From a virus (Duplodnaviria > Caudoviricetes), in the IMG/VR virus record IMGVR_UViG_3300032273_000002, positions 1 to 61,269 of that record: DNA of 61,269 nucleotides. One strand, given 5' to 3'. Of this stretch, positions 7,861 to 16,683 are shown piece after piece; the first letter of the stretch is position 1, and the number at the start of each line of letters is the position of its first letter. Below the pieces are notes generated by a model. The model saw only the letters and a list, made by a program, of their open reading frames with translations. It had not been told where the DNA came from and did not search any database. A program made the position numbers and the translations under genes.

Positions 7861-8603
7861 CACTATCGGTTAACAAGAATGTATCCAACTATGTCAGCGA
7901 GGGCGCCGTGCGCCTCATCCCTGCGCCAGAGTGGACGCCTACCTGGCATCCTGTCTCACACGCCACCTTGCTTGATGCCGTTGCTGAGGTCATGGCCAAG
8001 CACGGCATCGGAATCATCAACAAACACTTTAGTATGAACAAATCCGGCACCAGGCTTTTTGCTGCTTATGATTTAGATCTCGGCGACGGCAAGATTGGCT
8101 ATTGCCTGGGGTTTAGGCACGGCATCGACAAGTCGCTAAAGATTTCCTTTGTCGGCGGCACCAGGGTTTTTGTCTGTGACAATCTGTGTCTATTCGGGGA
8201 TTTCATTACTACCAAAATGCATTCGCCCACATTAGACTACGGCACGCTAAAGTATCTCGTTTATCAGGCCTTGAGAAGCGCCTTGAGAGTAATGCGGGAA
8301 CACCATGAGTGGCACCTCCAGCTGCACAACGTCTATGTGCCGCAGCCTGATTTTAAGCAGCTGGTTTTTGACATGGTCGTAAAAGGAGTCTTTGCCGGCA
8401 GCCAAATCAACAACTATTTGTCGTGCTTAGAAGAAGAGAAAAAAATCTACCATGGCACCAGCTTAGACCGCACCACCAGCCTTTATGCGGTACATGGTGC
8501 CGCCACCAGGCTGATGAGGCCCTGGAACCTGCTTCGCACCGCTGAAACAACCCCCAAGCTAAAGGTAATCTGCGACGATTACATAGCCGCTCGCGCTGCC
8601 TGA
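7857..8603 (+). CDS. DUF932-family protein
   Basis: HPVSHATLL...GFRHGIDKS...GTRVFVCDNL...H motif; AAGGAG SD before ATG 7857. Confidence 0.75.
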   Translation: MTLSVNKNVSNYVSEGAVRLIPAPEWTPTWHPVSHATLLDAVAEVMAKHGIGIINKHFSMNKSGTRLFAAYDLDLGDGKIGYCLGFRHGIDKSLKISFVGGTRVFVCDNLCLFGDFITTKMHSPTLDYGTLKYLVYQALRSALRVMREHHEWHLQLHNVYVPQPDFKQLVFDMVVKGVFAGSQINNYLSCLEEEKKIYHGTSLDRTTSLYAVHGAATRLMRPWNLLRTAETTPKLKVICDDYIAARAA

Positions 8604-8686
8604 TTGGCTTTCCTTATAGTCCACGGCCGAGCCGCATCCAAGGCTCGGCCAAATCCTTAAACCACTTGAGAGAAGGGAGCTTACAA

Positions 8687-9484
8687 ATGGAAGCATCCAC
8701 AAAAAAAGGCTACATTTCCTACGTTAGAAAAGCAATTTTGGCCTCAGGGAAAACCACCGTCACCTCCGGTGACATTGAACAAATGCTATACTCCTCCGAC
8801 CTCAGCGGCTGGAGCAAGAAGACGATCACCAACATCATCACCTACTTGCGGCCGAGGATCTTAGAGGGCACCGGCGAGAAAAAAGGCAATCTGACCATTT
8901 ACAAAGTCGACTGTGAAACTCTGGCGAAAGAAGTAGAAGAGACAAAAAACCGCAAAATCCCAACTGTAGCTGCCCCAAAAACTGCCAGCAAAAAATACAA
9001 AAAACGCAGTGAGTCGCTGTTCACCCCGAGGTCCGCCGAGCTGAGAATAGAGGCAATTCAAAGCGAGCACAAGATCGAAATCGATAATTTAAAGAAACAG
9101 CACCAGTACCAAATCAGTGAGCTTGAAAATAAACTGCTCGAGCAGATGTGCGCCGTCGAGGACCTGGAAAAGCAGGTAAAAACCGTCGAAAGCGGTTTCG
9201 ATGTCGATTTTGTCACCCTTGGAAAAGCGGTTTATCGCGCTCACGAGGAGCTGCTCAAACAGCACAATGAAGTGGAGGCCGCGGCCCGCGACAATGAAGC
9301 AAAATGGAAGAAGATGCGCAGCGAGGACCGCTCCACGATCGGAAACCTCCAGGGCAAAGTCGAAAGGCACGAGCGCGAACTTAAGATCCTGCGCGAGCGC
9401 ATGGGCCAGGCCAACGGCAAACCAAATATGAGCGTTTTTAATTCACCGCGAGTCAAACTTAGAAAAAGAGAGGAGACACAATGA
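8687..9484 (+). CDS. Hypothetical coiled-coil protein, possible N-terminal winged helix
   Basis: Heptad-rich C-terminal half; GGGAG SD before ATG 8687. Confidence 0.75.
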   Translation: MEASTKKGYISYVRKAILASGKTTVTSGDIEQMLYSSDLSGWSKKTITNIITYLRPRILEGTGEKKGNLTIYKVDCETLAKEVEETKNRKIPTVAAPKTASKKYKKRSESLFTPRSAELRIEAIQSEHKIEIDNLKKQHQYQISELENKLLEQMCAVEDLEKQVKTVESGFDVDFVTLGKAVYRAHEELLKQHNEVEAAARDNEAKWKKMRSEDRSTIGNLQGKVERHERELKILRERMGQANGKPNMSVFNSPRVKLRKREETQ

Positions 9485-10002
9485 TAACAAACACCGATGA
9501 CCGGTCATCCCGGCCAAGCTGCTTGTACGTGATGCTTGTGCTCGCTTTTTTATCCGCAGTGGCCATCACCATTACTTGGGCCATCCCTGCCACAGCTGAC
9601 GATGAGTGCAATAATATCATATGCTATTACGAGATGCTCGATGCAGCCAATGCAAGGGTGCAGCAACTGCTGCCACCGCCAGCACCGCGAAAGGCCAAGC
9701 CCCGCATCATCTACCGGGTGCCCACCCCGCCGCTGCAGCCAAACGGATCCTATTACACCGACGAGCAGTTGGCCGAGTCCAACAAGACCAGGTACAACGC
9801 CAGCGGCAAACAGCAGATCCAGCGCCATGTCACCAGCTGGCGCTCACCGCTGCAGCGCTATCGAAACCAGCCCGGGGTGTATAGCTCCGGCTACCTGGGA
9901 CCGCTGCCGCAGGGCCCAGTCGATGGCCCTTACTGTCCGGAAGGATTCAACTGTTTTTATGACCTGAAAGAGTATCGCAGAGGCACTGCCTACGGCAGAT
10001 AA
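9481..10002 (+). CDS. Membrane-anchored or exported Pro-rich protein
   Basis: Hydrophobic segment LYVMLVLAFLSAVAITITWAIPA; GAGGAG SD. Confidence 0.7.
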   Translation: MITNTDDRSSRPSCLYVMLVLAFLSAVAITITWAIPATADDECNNIICYYEMLDAANARVQQLLPPPAPRKAKPRIIYRVPTPPLQPNGSYYTDEQLAESNKTRYNASGKQQIQRHVTSWRSPLQRYRNQPGVYSSGYLGPLPQGPVDGPYCPEGFNCFYDLKEYRRGTAYGR

Positions 10003-10029
10003 CTATTAACGCAAGCAAGGAGGTGAAAG

Positions 10030-10962
10030 GTGGAAGGAGTAACAGAAAAAAAGTTTTTGTTGATTCGGAGCACCGTACGCGGTTTATACGACATGCAGAA
10101 TCTGAGGATTTCGATCGGCAACCGCGTTGTTGCTAATTTTCGGTCCAAACTCGGCCTTGAAATAGGCGAGAAAGACGATGCGAAAAAGAAAAAGCTCATT
10201 AAAAAGGTCGTCGGTGATTACGAGCTTCTCACCGAGGGCCTGGCCAATCTGCCAACCCCAAGCCGGTTTAAACCTGGTGAGATAATCGATGATTACACCG
10301 AGCTGGTGCTCGTTCACCATTTCGTGCTGCTGAGAAGGCAGGAACAAAGCGCCATGAGCCGGCTGCCCTATGTGCTCGATCCTGTATCAATCTTTCATTG
10401 GTTGATAGAGCAGCCAGGCGTTGGCCCGCAAATGGCTGGCGTGATCATAAGCGAGATCAATATCGAGAAGGCGACAAACCCCTCGAGCATGTGGAAATAT
10501 TGCGGACTGGATGTCCACGAGGACGGCACCGCCCGCAGCCGGCGCAAGGAGCACCAGGTTGAGCGCGAATACGTCGACCGTCATGGGGAAGTAAAGAAAA
10601 AAATGGGGCTCTCCTACAAGCCCTGGTTAAAGGCAAAGCTGCTCAAAGTTTTGGGGGCATCGCTTCTGCGGGCCACCGGCAAGAACCGCAGCAAGCCTCA
10701 CAAGTACTCAGAGATCTACGACAATTACCGCCATCGGCTCGAAAACCATCCGAAACACAAGGACAAGACCGATGGCCACAAGCATGCCATGGCCAACCGC
10801 TACATGGTTAAAGAATTCATGAAAGACCTGTACGTGGCATGGCGCCAGATAGAAGGGCTGCCGGTTTCCGAAGAGTATTCGGTGGCCAAGCTCGGCATCG
10901 TCCACAGCAAGAAAAGCAAAAGCGTCAAGAAAGGCAAACCCCATGATCAAGCCCCGCTTTAA
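10030..10962 (+). CDS. IS110-related coiled-coil + Nop-domain protein lacking RuvC (TasA-like RNA-binding protein)
   Basis: YDMQNLRISIGNR coiled coil; PGVGPQMAGVIISEI...NPSSMWKYCGL (Transposase_20-like); YKPWLKAKL; GHKHAMANRYMVKEFMKDLYVAWR. No N-terminal DEDD domain. AAGGAGGT SD. Confidence 0.8.
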   Translation: MEGVTEKKFLLIRSTVRGLYDMQNLRISIGNRVVANFRSKLGLEIGEKDDAKKKKLIKKVVGDYELLTEGLANLPTPSRFKPGEIIDDYTELVLVHHFVLLRRQEQSAMSRLPYVLDPVSIFHWLIEQPGVGPQMAGVIISEINIEKATNPSSMWKYCGLDVHEDGTARSRRKEHQVEREYVDRHGEVKKKMGLSYKPWLKAKLLKVLGASLLRATGKNRSKPHKYSEIYDNYRHRLENHPKHKDKTDGHKHAMANRYMVKEFMKDLYVAWRQIEGLPVSEEYSVAKLGIVHSKKSKSVKKGKPHDQAPL

Positions 10963-11500
10963 ATATCCATCGGTCACAGAGGTCCTCCAGCCGTACGTGG
11001 ACTTTAGCATGGTCAGATCCGACGTATTAAAAGCCGCTCAGCTGCGAGGCACCACTGTGCATGCGATTATCGCAAGATATTTACAGTTCGGGCTTGCGCT
11101 AAACATCGATGAGCGATATCAGGGCTACCTGGAATCGTTCAAACGCTGGCATAGCCAGGAGGTCGAGGAGGTGCTGGCCGTAGAAGAGCGCATCTTCAAC
11201 GATGTGTATCGCGTCTGCGGCCAGCTCGACCTGGTTGTCAGGCTGCGGCGATACCCCGAAAACATGCCGATTGTCGTAGACATCAAAACGCCCATAATGT
11301 CGCAAAAGACATGGGCGGCTCAGGTGGCCGCGTACAAGTTTTTATATGAGCAAAACAGGGGTGTTGTCACCGGCATCCCTGCCTCACTGCAAGTTGACGC
11401 TGGTGGCCGCAAGGCGAAGTTTCGGCCGGTCGACAGTCACAAAGAGGCAATTCGGTACTGGATGGAAGCCCTTGATTGTTTCCATTATTTTTTCAGTTAA
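10943..11500 (+). CDS. PD-(D/E)XK exonuclease (lambda Exo/Cas4-like)
   Basis: PSVTEVL, RGTTVH, E...GQLDL...VDIKT...QVAAY. Confidence 0.9.
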   Translation: MIKPRFKYPSVTEVLQPYVDFSMVRSDVLKAAQLRGTTVHAIIARYLQFGLALNIDERYQGYLESFKRWHSQEVEEVLAVEERIFNDVYRVCGQLDLVVRLRRYPENMPIVVDIKTPIMSQKTWAAQVAAYKFLYEQNRGVVTGIPASLQVDAGGRKAKFRPVDSHKEAIRYWMEALDCFHYFFS

Positions 11501-11520
11501 CCTTAACAGAGGAGGCTTTT

Positions 11521-12249
11521 ATGGCAAAACGCAAGTATGATTTTAGCAGTCTTAACAGTGATTCAGCCCCGCCAGCGGAAGGTAAAAAATCCGAAGGCCT
11601 TTTTGTTACCGTTTTTGATACAGCAGATGCGATCGCGCAGTTCACCATGCACGAAGCCCGCATCAAGCAGATGCACGAAGAGGCGCTCGCCTTTGAGTAC
11701 AAAGACGATGATGCTCAGGTCATAGGCACGGCCCGGGCGGCCAACGCTCAAAAAGCAGTTAAAGTGCTAAGGGTACTGCATGACAAAATCGCCTTGCCGC
11801 ATAAGACCTTTACAAAAGCGGTCGGTGGTGTTTTTAAGAGATATGAAGCGATGATCAAAAATGATGTGATCGAGATCTACCGCAGCAAAGACGAGGTTTA
11901 CACCGCACAAAAGCGGGTCAGGGAGCGAGCGGAGCTTGAAAAAAAGCGCAAGGCCCAAGAGGCGGTGCAAAAAAAGCTAAAAGAAGAATCCGAGCGCCTG
12001 GGCATGGAAGCGCCCACTTTCAACATGCCGCAAGTAAGAGAAGAAAAAGCGGCAATGGTAAAAACAGAAAAAGGCGGTCGGTATCAAAAAGATGATATTG
12101 TGATCACAATCGAAGACCTGAATAAAATTCCGCGAAAATATTTAAAATGCACGCCTATCATGTCCTTGATCAAAGCCGAGATAAATACCGGCAAACAGAT
12201 TCCTGGTGTGAGCTCTAAGAAAGTGAAGAAGAGCGTTTTTTTAACCTAA
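11521..12249 (+). CDS. Coiled-coil recombination-module protein (Gp157-like C-terminus)
   Basis: EDLNKIPRKYL...IKAEINTGKQIPGV; GAGGAGG SD before ATG 11521. Confidence 0.65.
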   Translation: MAKRKYDFSSLNSDSAPPAEGKKSEGLFVTVFDTADAIAQFTMHEARIKQMHEEALAFEYKDDDAQVIGTARAANAQKAVKVLRVLHDKIALPHKTFTKAVGGVFKRYEAMIKNDVIEIYRSKDEVYTAQKRVRERAELEKKRKAQEAVQKKLKEESERLGMEAPTFNMPQVREEKAAMVKTEKGGRYQKDDIVITIEDLNKIPRKYLKCTPIMSLIKAEINTGKQIPGVSSKKVKKSVFLT

Positions 12250-12276
12250 CAGGTTAACAAAAAAGAGGAGGTACGC

Positions 12277-13839
12277 ATGGCCGAAAATCAAGAAAAGGAA
12301 AAAAAAGCGTTGATCAGCCAACAGCAGTTATGGCTGAAAGTTGAACTGGACGACAAGCTGATGCCCATGCCCAAAAACATGGCCGAGATGTATTTTATCT
12401 GCCAACACTTCTCGCGCTCTGAGATGGTCAAGAAAGTGTACCGCGACGAACCGGAAAAGATGATGGTGGCCTGGATCCTGGGCAATCAAATCGGGCTTAA
12501 TTTTTTTGGAGCCATGAAATGGATCGCTGTCATTGAAGGCAATCCGAGTGTTTACGGTGACGGCGCCCTTTCTTTGATCCGCAAATCCGGCAAGCTCGAA
12601 TGGATAAAAGAGAAAGTCGTTGGCTCCGGTGATGACAGGGTGGCAAGCTGCCTCATAAAACGCAAGGGCGAGCCCGCCGATGTCATCTATTCGAACACTT
12701 TCAGCGTCGAAGACGCCATACTGGCCGGCCTGTGGGGAAACGTGAATAAACCACCTTGGCAAAAATACCCGAAACGGATGCTCGTTATGAGAGCCAGGTC
12801 GCTGTCGATGCGAGATGGTTTCTCCGATATCCTTGAGGGCATCGGCATCCTTGAGGAAGAGCAGGAAATCTACGAGCAAACTGTTGTGGGCAAAACAGAG
12901 GATGAACCCCAAGAGGCTGTTTCCGATGTCCTCTATTCAGAAGGCGAGCTCGTTGATGCCGAATATGAAGAAAAAGCGCCAGAGAGCGAGCCTGTCTCGC
13001 CGCCGGCGCAGTCCACCACCGGCGAGGAGCTTGCGCCCGAGAGCGCCACCGAACCCACCACCGACTCGGTGAGGAGCTTGAGCCCGGAAGCGCCAAGCAT
13101 CACCAAGCAGTTCGAAAAGATCATGGAGGGTTATAATTTGACCGAGCGGCAGGCCGAAGCGCTGCCAGTGTTTATTAAAAATGCCATGAACGCCTGGGAT
13201 GCAACAGTAACCGAGATCATGGAAGCCTCTATGGAGCCAGATCAGATAGAAGGTTTTATCGCCAACTTGAAAGAATTTGCCAAGAGCAACTTCAAAAAGC
13301 CGGAGGATTCAGAGCCGGAGGGCGACAAGAGCCAAGACACGAGCTTTTGGAAGAACCGCAACAACTGGATCAACCTGCGCGAGAAAGGCTTTACCGAGGC
13401 CGTGTCAGAGCACCTGACGGCACTCGATTCAATGCCAGATGATTTCATCTATAATGAGATTTGGGCCAAGTGGCGCCGCATCTTCGATACCGATGAGCAG
13501 AGGAGACAGTCGCCATTTCCGCTAATGTCCCGGGTAATCCGATTCATGCAGAAACACAAGATCGATCCAAAGCAGCTAGTTGATGGCGGCAGCCCCGATG
13601 AAACGCCACCTGTAACCGGTGGCCCAATATTGCCTGAGCGCAGTCACATTCCCGATAGCATCCGCGACTTGAAACACGCGATCGCAACCGAGCTTGAATG
13701 TGACGCTGAGCTCGTCCACAGGATGAGCGATGAGCTCGGTATCCCGGTCAACTCAATGAATATCAAATATTGTCAGATACTTTTAAAGGCTATTTATGAG
13801 CAATACGGAATCGATCCCGAAACCATTGACCAAGACTAA
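12277..13839 (+). CDS. recT: RecT-like single-strand annealing protein with long acidic C-terminal extension
   Basis: IAVIEGNPSVYGDG...PWQKYPKRML..RARSLSMRDGFSDILEG; located next to the exonuclease. Confidence 0.75.
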   Translation: MAENQEKEKKALISQQQLWLKVELDDKLMPMPKNMAEMYFICQHFSRSEMVKKVYRDEPEKMMVAWILGNQIGLNFFGAMKWIAVIEGNPSVYGDGALSLIRKSGKLEWIKEKVVGSGDDRVASCLIKRKGEPADVIYSNTFSVEDAILAGLWGNVNKPPWQKYPKRMLVMRARSLSMRDGFSDILEGIGILEEEQEIYEQTVVGKTEDEPQEAVSDVLYSEGELVDAEYEEKAPESEPVSPPAQSTTGEELAPESATEPTTDSVRSLSPEAPSITKQFEKIMEGYNLTERQAEALPVFIKNAMNAWDATVTEIMEASMEPDQIEGFIANLKEFAKSNFKKPEDSEPEGDKSQDTSFWKNRNNWINLREKGFTEAVSEHLTALDSMPDDFIYNEIWAKWRRIFDTDEQRRQSPFPLMSRVIRFMQKHKIDPKQLVDGGSPDETPPVTGGPILPERSHIPDSIRDLKHAIATELECDAELVHRMSDELGIPVNSMNIKYCQILLKAIYEQYGIDPETIDQD

Positions 13840-13984
13840 ATGCCCGATGTGCCAGAGCGATAAAATAGGCTCCTATGGACCTGACATCAACACAAAGAGT
13901 TGGGATAATCGCAACAAGTGCTATCGCAAAGGAGGCTTCCGTAGGCGGGTGTGTCTGGATTGCGGGTTTAAATTCCTGATTTAA
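13796..13984 (+). CDS. Small Zn-ribbon protein (NrdR N-terminus-like)
   Basis: KCPMC...RRRVCLDCGFKF. Confidence 0.7.
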   Translation: MSNTESIPKPLTKTKCPMCQSDKIGSYGPDINTKSWDNRNKCYRKGGFRRRVCLDCGFKFLI

Positions 13985-13987
13985 CCG

Positions 13988-14097
13988 TTGACACATCTGC
14001 TGGCCATCGTTTATTATTTACATGTTTGCCTTTATTTGTGTTGCGATTCCTTTCTCTATAAGCCTGGGCTCTTCGGAGCCCGGGCTTGCTTTTTTTC
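13988..14097 (+). ncRNA. Candidate sRNA 1 (promoter, about 75-nt RNA, intrinsic terminator)
   Basis: TTGACA(13988)-18-TATTAT(14012); U/C-rich body; 12-bp stem aagcctgggctc-ttcg-gagcccgggctt followed by a T-run. Confidence 0.55.
14060..14097 (+). terminator. Rho-independent terminator
   Basis: cUUCGg tetraloop hairpin followed by T7. Confidence 0.9.
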
Positions 14098-14257
14098 TTG
14101 ACACGCTGTTAAAAGTATTATTTAAAAATAGTCGGATCCCTCATGTGGCACCCCTGCCACAGAGCTTCTCCCCATAGAGCTCTCTGCGGTTGGATCCATC
14201 CTCGCAAGGTGCGGTCGACTCTTTGCTGCGAAGATACTCGGCCGCACCTTTTTTTTT
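14098..14257 (+). ncRNA. Candidate sRNA 2 (multi-stem RNA with C-rich loops plus terminator)
   Basis: TTGACA at 14098 with an AT-rich -10 region; stems ggatcc/ggatcc, tgtggca-cccc-tgccaca and agagct/agctct; 13-bp terminator stem 14206-14250 plus T-run. Confidence 0.6.
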
Positions 14258-14356
14258 ACCAACCCTCACGCCTGATGTCGATTTCCTGGCGAGATCGCGG
14301 TTTGCGTGATATACGGCATGCGCCGGCCACTGATCGTTTAAATTTGAGCCTCTGAG

Positions 14357-14812
14357 CTATTTTGGCTTGCGGATCTGGCCCACCACATTGGACACCCCAT
14401 AGTAGCCGAAATAAAAAAACACGACAATCAAGACCATGTTGGCCTCCTGGCCAAGCAACGCCAAGGTGATGTCCAGAGTTTTGTCCCAAACATTAACCCC
14501 GTTAACGATTTTGGGGTATAATGCCCCAAGAAGCGTGAACAAGATGGCGATGTTAGTGTGCAGCACGAAAACGCCGACAACAAAACAAGCGATTATTCTG
14601 CGGGTAATCGATCGGGGCGTGTACTCGTCCTGCAGCTTTAAGATCATCTCCCTGATCGATTTATTGTTTGATTGGAGATAGGCGGCCTTTTCCTCACTGG
14701 TATAAACCGCCGCATCTATTCCCTTGCCGATCCAGTCAATGGTGTTGTTGACCGTTTTTGCGGTTTCCTCAAACGCCTTAGGCGTACCAAACATCCAGCT
14801 CCAAAACCCCAT
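14357..14812 (-). CDS. Putative holin (two TM segments)
   Basis: Hydrophobic IIACFVVGVFVLHTNIAILFTLLG and MVLIVVFFYFGYYG segments; follows the endolysin; AAGGAG SD before ATG 14812. Confidence 0.65.
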   Translation of the reverse strand: MGFWSWMFGTPKAFEETAKTVNNTIDWIGKGIDAAVYTSEEKAAYLQSNNKSIREMILKLQDEYTPRSITRRIIACFVVGVFVLHTNIAILFTLLGALYPKIVNGVNVWDKTLDITLALLGQEANMVLIVVFFYFGYYGVSNVVGQIRKPK

Positions 14813-14819
14813 ATGCGCT

Positions 14820-14981
14820 CTACTCCTTTTTGCGGCAATCCTCACATTTTAAGAATATCGGCTGCTTGCTGTCGTATTCGGCGATACTCATCGTTGTTCG
14901 CCGCCCGCATCTACAGCAGGACAAGTAGTAACAGTTCTCGCCCTGGCTGTAGAAAAGGGCAGCTAAGCTGTCCAATCCCAT
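14820..14981 (-). CDS. 53-aa Zn-finger protein (not in ORF track)
   Basis: MGLDSLAALFYSQGENCYYLSCCRC...KCEDCRKKE; AAGGAG SD; fills the gap between endolysin and holin. Confidence 0.6.
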   Translation of the reverse strand: MGLDSLAALFYSQGENCYYLSCCRCGRRTTMSIAEYDSKQPIFLKCEDCRKKE

Positions 14982-15388
14982 TTGGATTTCTCCTTGAAAA
15001 GAAACAGAGGGTCTATCCGCTCGACTTGCAGATGGATATGGGGTTGCATTGGCGGCCCGTATTTTTTGGTTACGTCTTGGGCATAGGCGATCACATCCCC
15101 CATCTTGTAGTTAATGTGGAACGCGACAACCGCCACCACATAAAACAGGCACAGCTCAATGGCATGCACGCCATCAACACCTTCGATATGCAGGCCCTCG
15201 TAGCGCAGATCCTCTGCATATGGATAGCGTTTCCGTACAACCATGCCACTGGTTATCGGCATATAGATATCTTGCCCAGGTGCGCACAGAAAATCCACTC
15301 CGCGGTGCCGGCGCCGGCCGCGTCTGGCGTTAAAGTGGCCATCGCCGGCGTTATCAGATCTGACCCCCTGTCGTGTCGGTGATATCAT
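14963..15388 (-). CDS. M23-family (LECT2-like) peptidase, probable endolysin
   Basis: HRGVD (HxxxD) and HIH (HxH) motifs; RSDNAGDGHFNARR N-terminus; ATG 15388 coupled to the upstream TAA. Confidence 0.85.
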   Translation of the reverse strand: MISPTRQGVRSDNAGDGHFNARRGRRRHRGVDFLCAPGQDIYMPITSGMVVRKRYPYAEDLRYEGLHIEGVDGVHAIELCLFYVVAVVAFHINYKMGDVIAYAQDVTKKYGPPMQPHIHLQVERIDPLFLFKEKSKWDWTA

Positions 15389-15792
15389 TAGGTTCCTGTG
15401 TCGACAGCCCCTGGCTTCTGGATAACCCCAAAGAGCCACCAGCCACCAGCCACCCCCTCGACGTTCGAATCATTCTTATCGATTGACTCGGCGTACTCAG
15501 AGCATTTTCTGTCTTCGTCCTGCCCAACACAGGCCCTGACCTTTAAAATGTTGTGCCCCGAGAAAACAGTGGTGACGACCTGCGTCTGCGCTGTCTCACC
15601 CCTGGCCATGACAGCCTCTCTGACCGGAGAATAGTTCTCCCACTCATAGACAACCGGGTCAGCGTGCGTGACCGGATCCCAGGCAAACGTCGCCTGAGAT
15701 CCTGACGCCAGCCAATATGTTTCCCATGAAACATGGTCGCCAATCGCATAGGTCATCGCCAACATGTACAGTGCGACCAGCAAGTTGATCAT
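15388..15792 (-). CDS. Signal-peptide-bearing FN3-like protein
   Basis: Hydrophobic N-terminus; TFAWDPV...YE...KVRAC...CSEY pattern. Confidence 0.65.
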   Translation of the reverse strand: MINLLVALYMLAMTYAIGDHVSWETYWLASGSQATFAWDPVTHADPVVYEWENYSPVREAVMARGETAQTQVVTTVFSGHNILKVRACVGQDEDRKCSEYAESIDKNDSNVEGVAGGWWLFGVIQKPGAVDTGT

Positions 15793-15892
15793 TTCGGCTC
15801 TACTCCTATTGTAATAAGATTTTTGTTTTTGATAGTGATCGTAACCTTATTTTTCTCCAGAAAAGCATTTAGGGCCACTAGCCAGATGTCGA

Positions 15893-16219
15893 TCAAATCC
15901 TTACAATTTCGATCGGCCCAGGGGCATCCGGCGCCGTAAAATCCAGCGTCACATCAGCCGTGGACATGGCCGACTCATTGCCGGCATCATCTACCGCTGT
16001 GATGCCAATCGAAAAGGTATCATCGGCCGCTTGGAAGTTGGGCAGCTCCGATACTGATGCGGCGATCTTACCATCAGTGCCGGTTGCCGGCAGACCCAGG
16101 TCAATCGTGTTTGACGAGTAGTCCAGTGTTTGACCCTGCGGCACATAATACATTTTGTAGCCGGTGACATCCTCTGATGCTGACGGTGGAAACTTAACAA
16201 TGACCTCTTTGATCAACAT
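15893..16219 (-). CDS. FN3-like domain protein
   Basis: DVTGYKMYY...ITAVDDAGNESAMS...DFTAPDAP. Confidence 0.75.
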   Translation of the reverse strand: MLIKEVIVKFPPSASEDVTGYKMYYVPQGQTLDYSSNTIDLGLPATGTDGKIAASVSELPNFQAADDTFSIGITAVDDAGNESAMSTADVTLDFTAPDAPGPIEIVRI

Positions 16220-16674
16220 TACATACCTCCGTTAGGGTTGCCACTCACGTGGCGGGTTTGTTGGATGTGACGCTCGACCTTTATCTCGACATCTTTAACT
16301 GATTGCTTAAGCTCCTTGCTGTATTCTGTTAAATTGCGTGTCTCGATGGCAATATTGTTGGTCAATACCGCAACAGCCTTGTCTACCTGGTGGATGCCGT
16401 TGTAGACAAAGCCCAGGATGCTGATGGTGATGGCGATAAACAGATAGAAAATCTTTTTCTCCACACGCCCTTTTAAATCCCCCTCTATTATGCCGTGCTC
16501 CCGGGTGCGCATTTCTTCGCGGTCCTTTGTGTCCAGGCGCATTTCCTTAAGCATCTCGGTGTGATCATTAAGAACTTTCTCGTGCTTGGGGTGGCAGTTG
16601 CAGTGCTGCAAGACCAGCATCTTGCGCCGCTCGACCCCTGAATACTCAGGACTTTCAATATGTGGCTCGGCCAT
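16219..16674 (-). CDS. Single-TM coiled-coil protein (lysis-associated)
   Basis: IFYLFIAITISILGFVY transmembrane segment flanked by coiled coils. Confidence 0.7.
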   Translation of the reverse strand: MAEPHIESPEYSGVERRKMLVLQHCNCHPKHEKVLNDHTEMLKEMRLDTKDREEMRTREHGIIEGDLKGRVEKKIFYLFIAITISILGFVYNGIHQVDKAVAVLTNNIAIETRNLTEYSKELKQSVKDVEIKVERHIQQTRHVSGNPNGGM

Positions 16675-16683
16675 GGTTTCCCC

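Noticed and set aside
8604-8680. Possible single TIGR unit (CCA-N9...CCA-N9)
   Set aside because: The spacing is explained by a simple GC hairpin; there are no repeated units and no conserved loop or edge repeats.
10030-10962. Active IS110 insertion sequence
   Set aside because: No DEDD RuvC domain, no room for a bridge RNA or element ends, and the gene is integrated into the operon with its own SD and an overlap.
14134-14200. tRNA gene
   Set aside because: Multi-stem, but lacks the T-loop GTTCRA, D-loop GG, a 7-nt anticodon loop and an NCCA end.
14143-14355. 70-aa plus-strand ORF over candidate sRNA 2
   Set aside because: No SD, and it runs through a strong terminator; RNA structure explains the region better.
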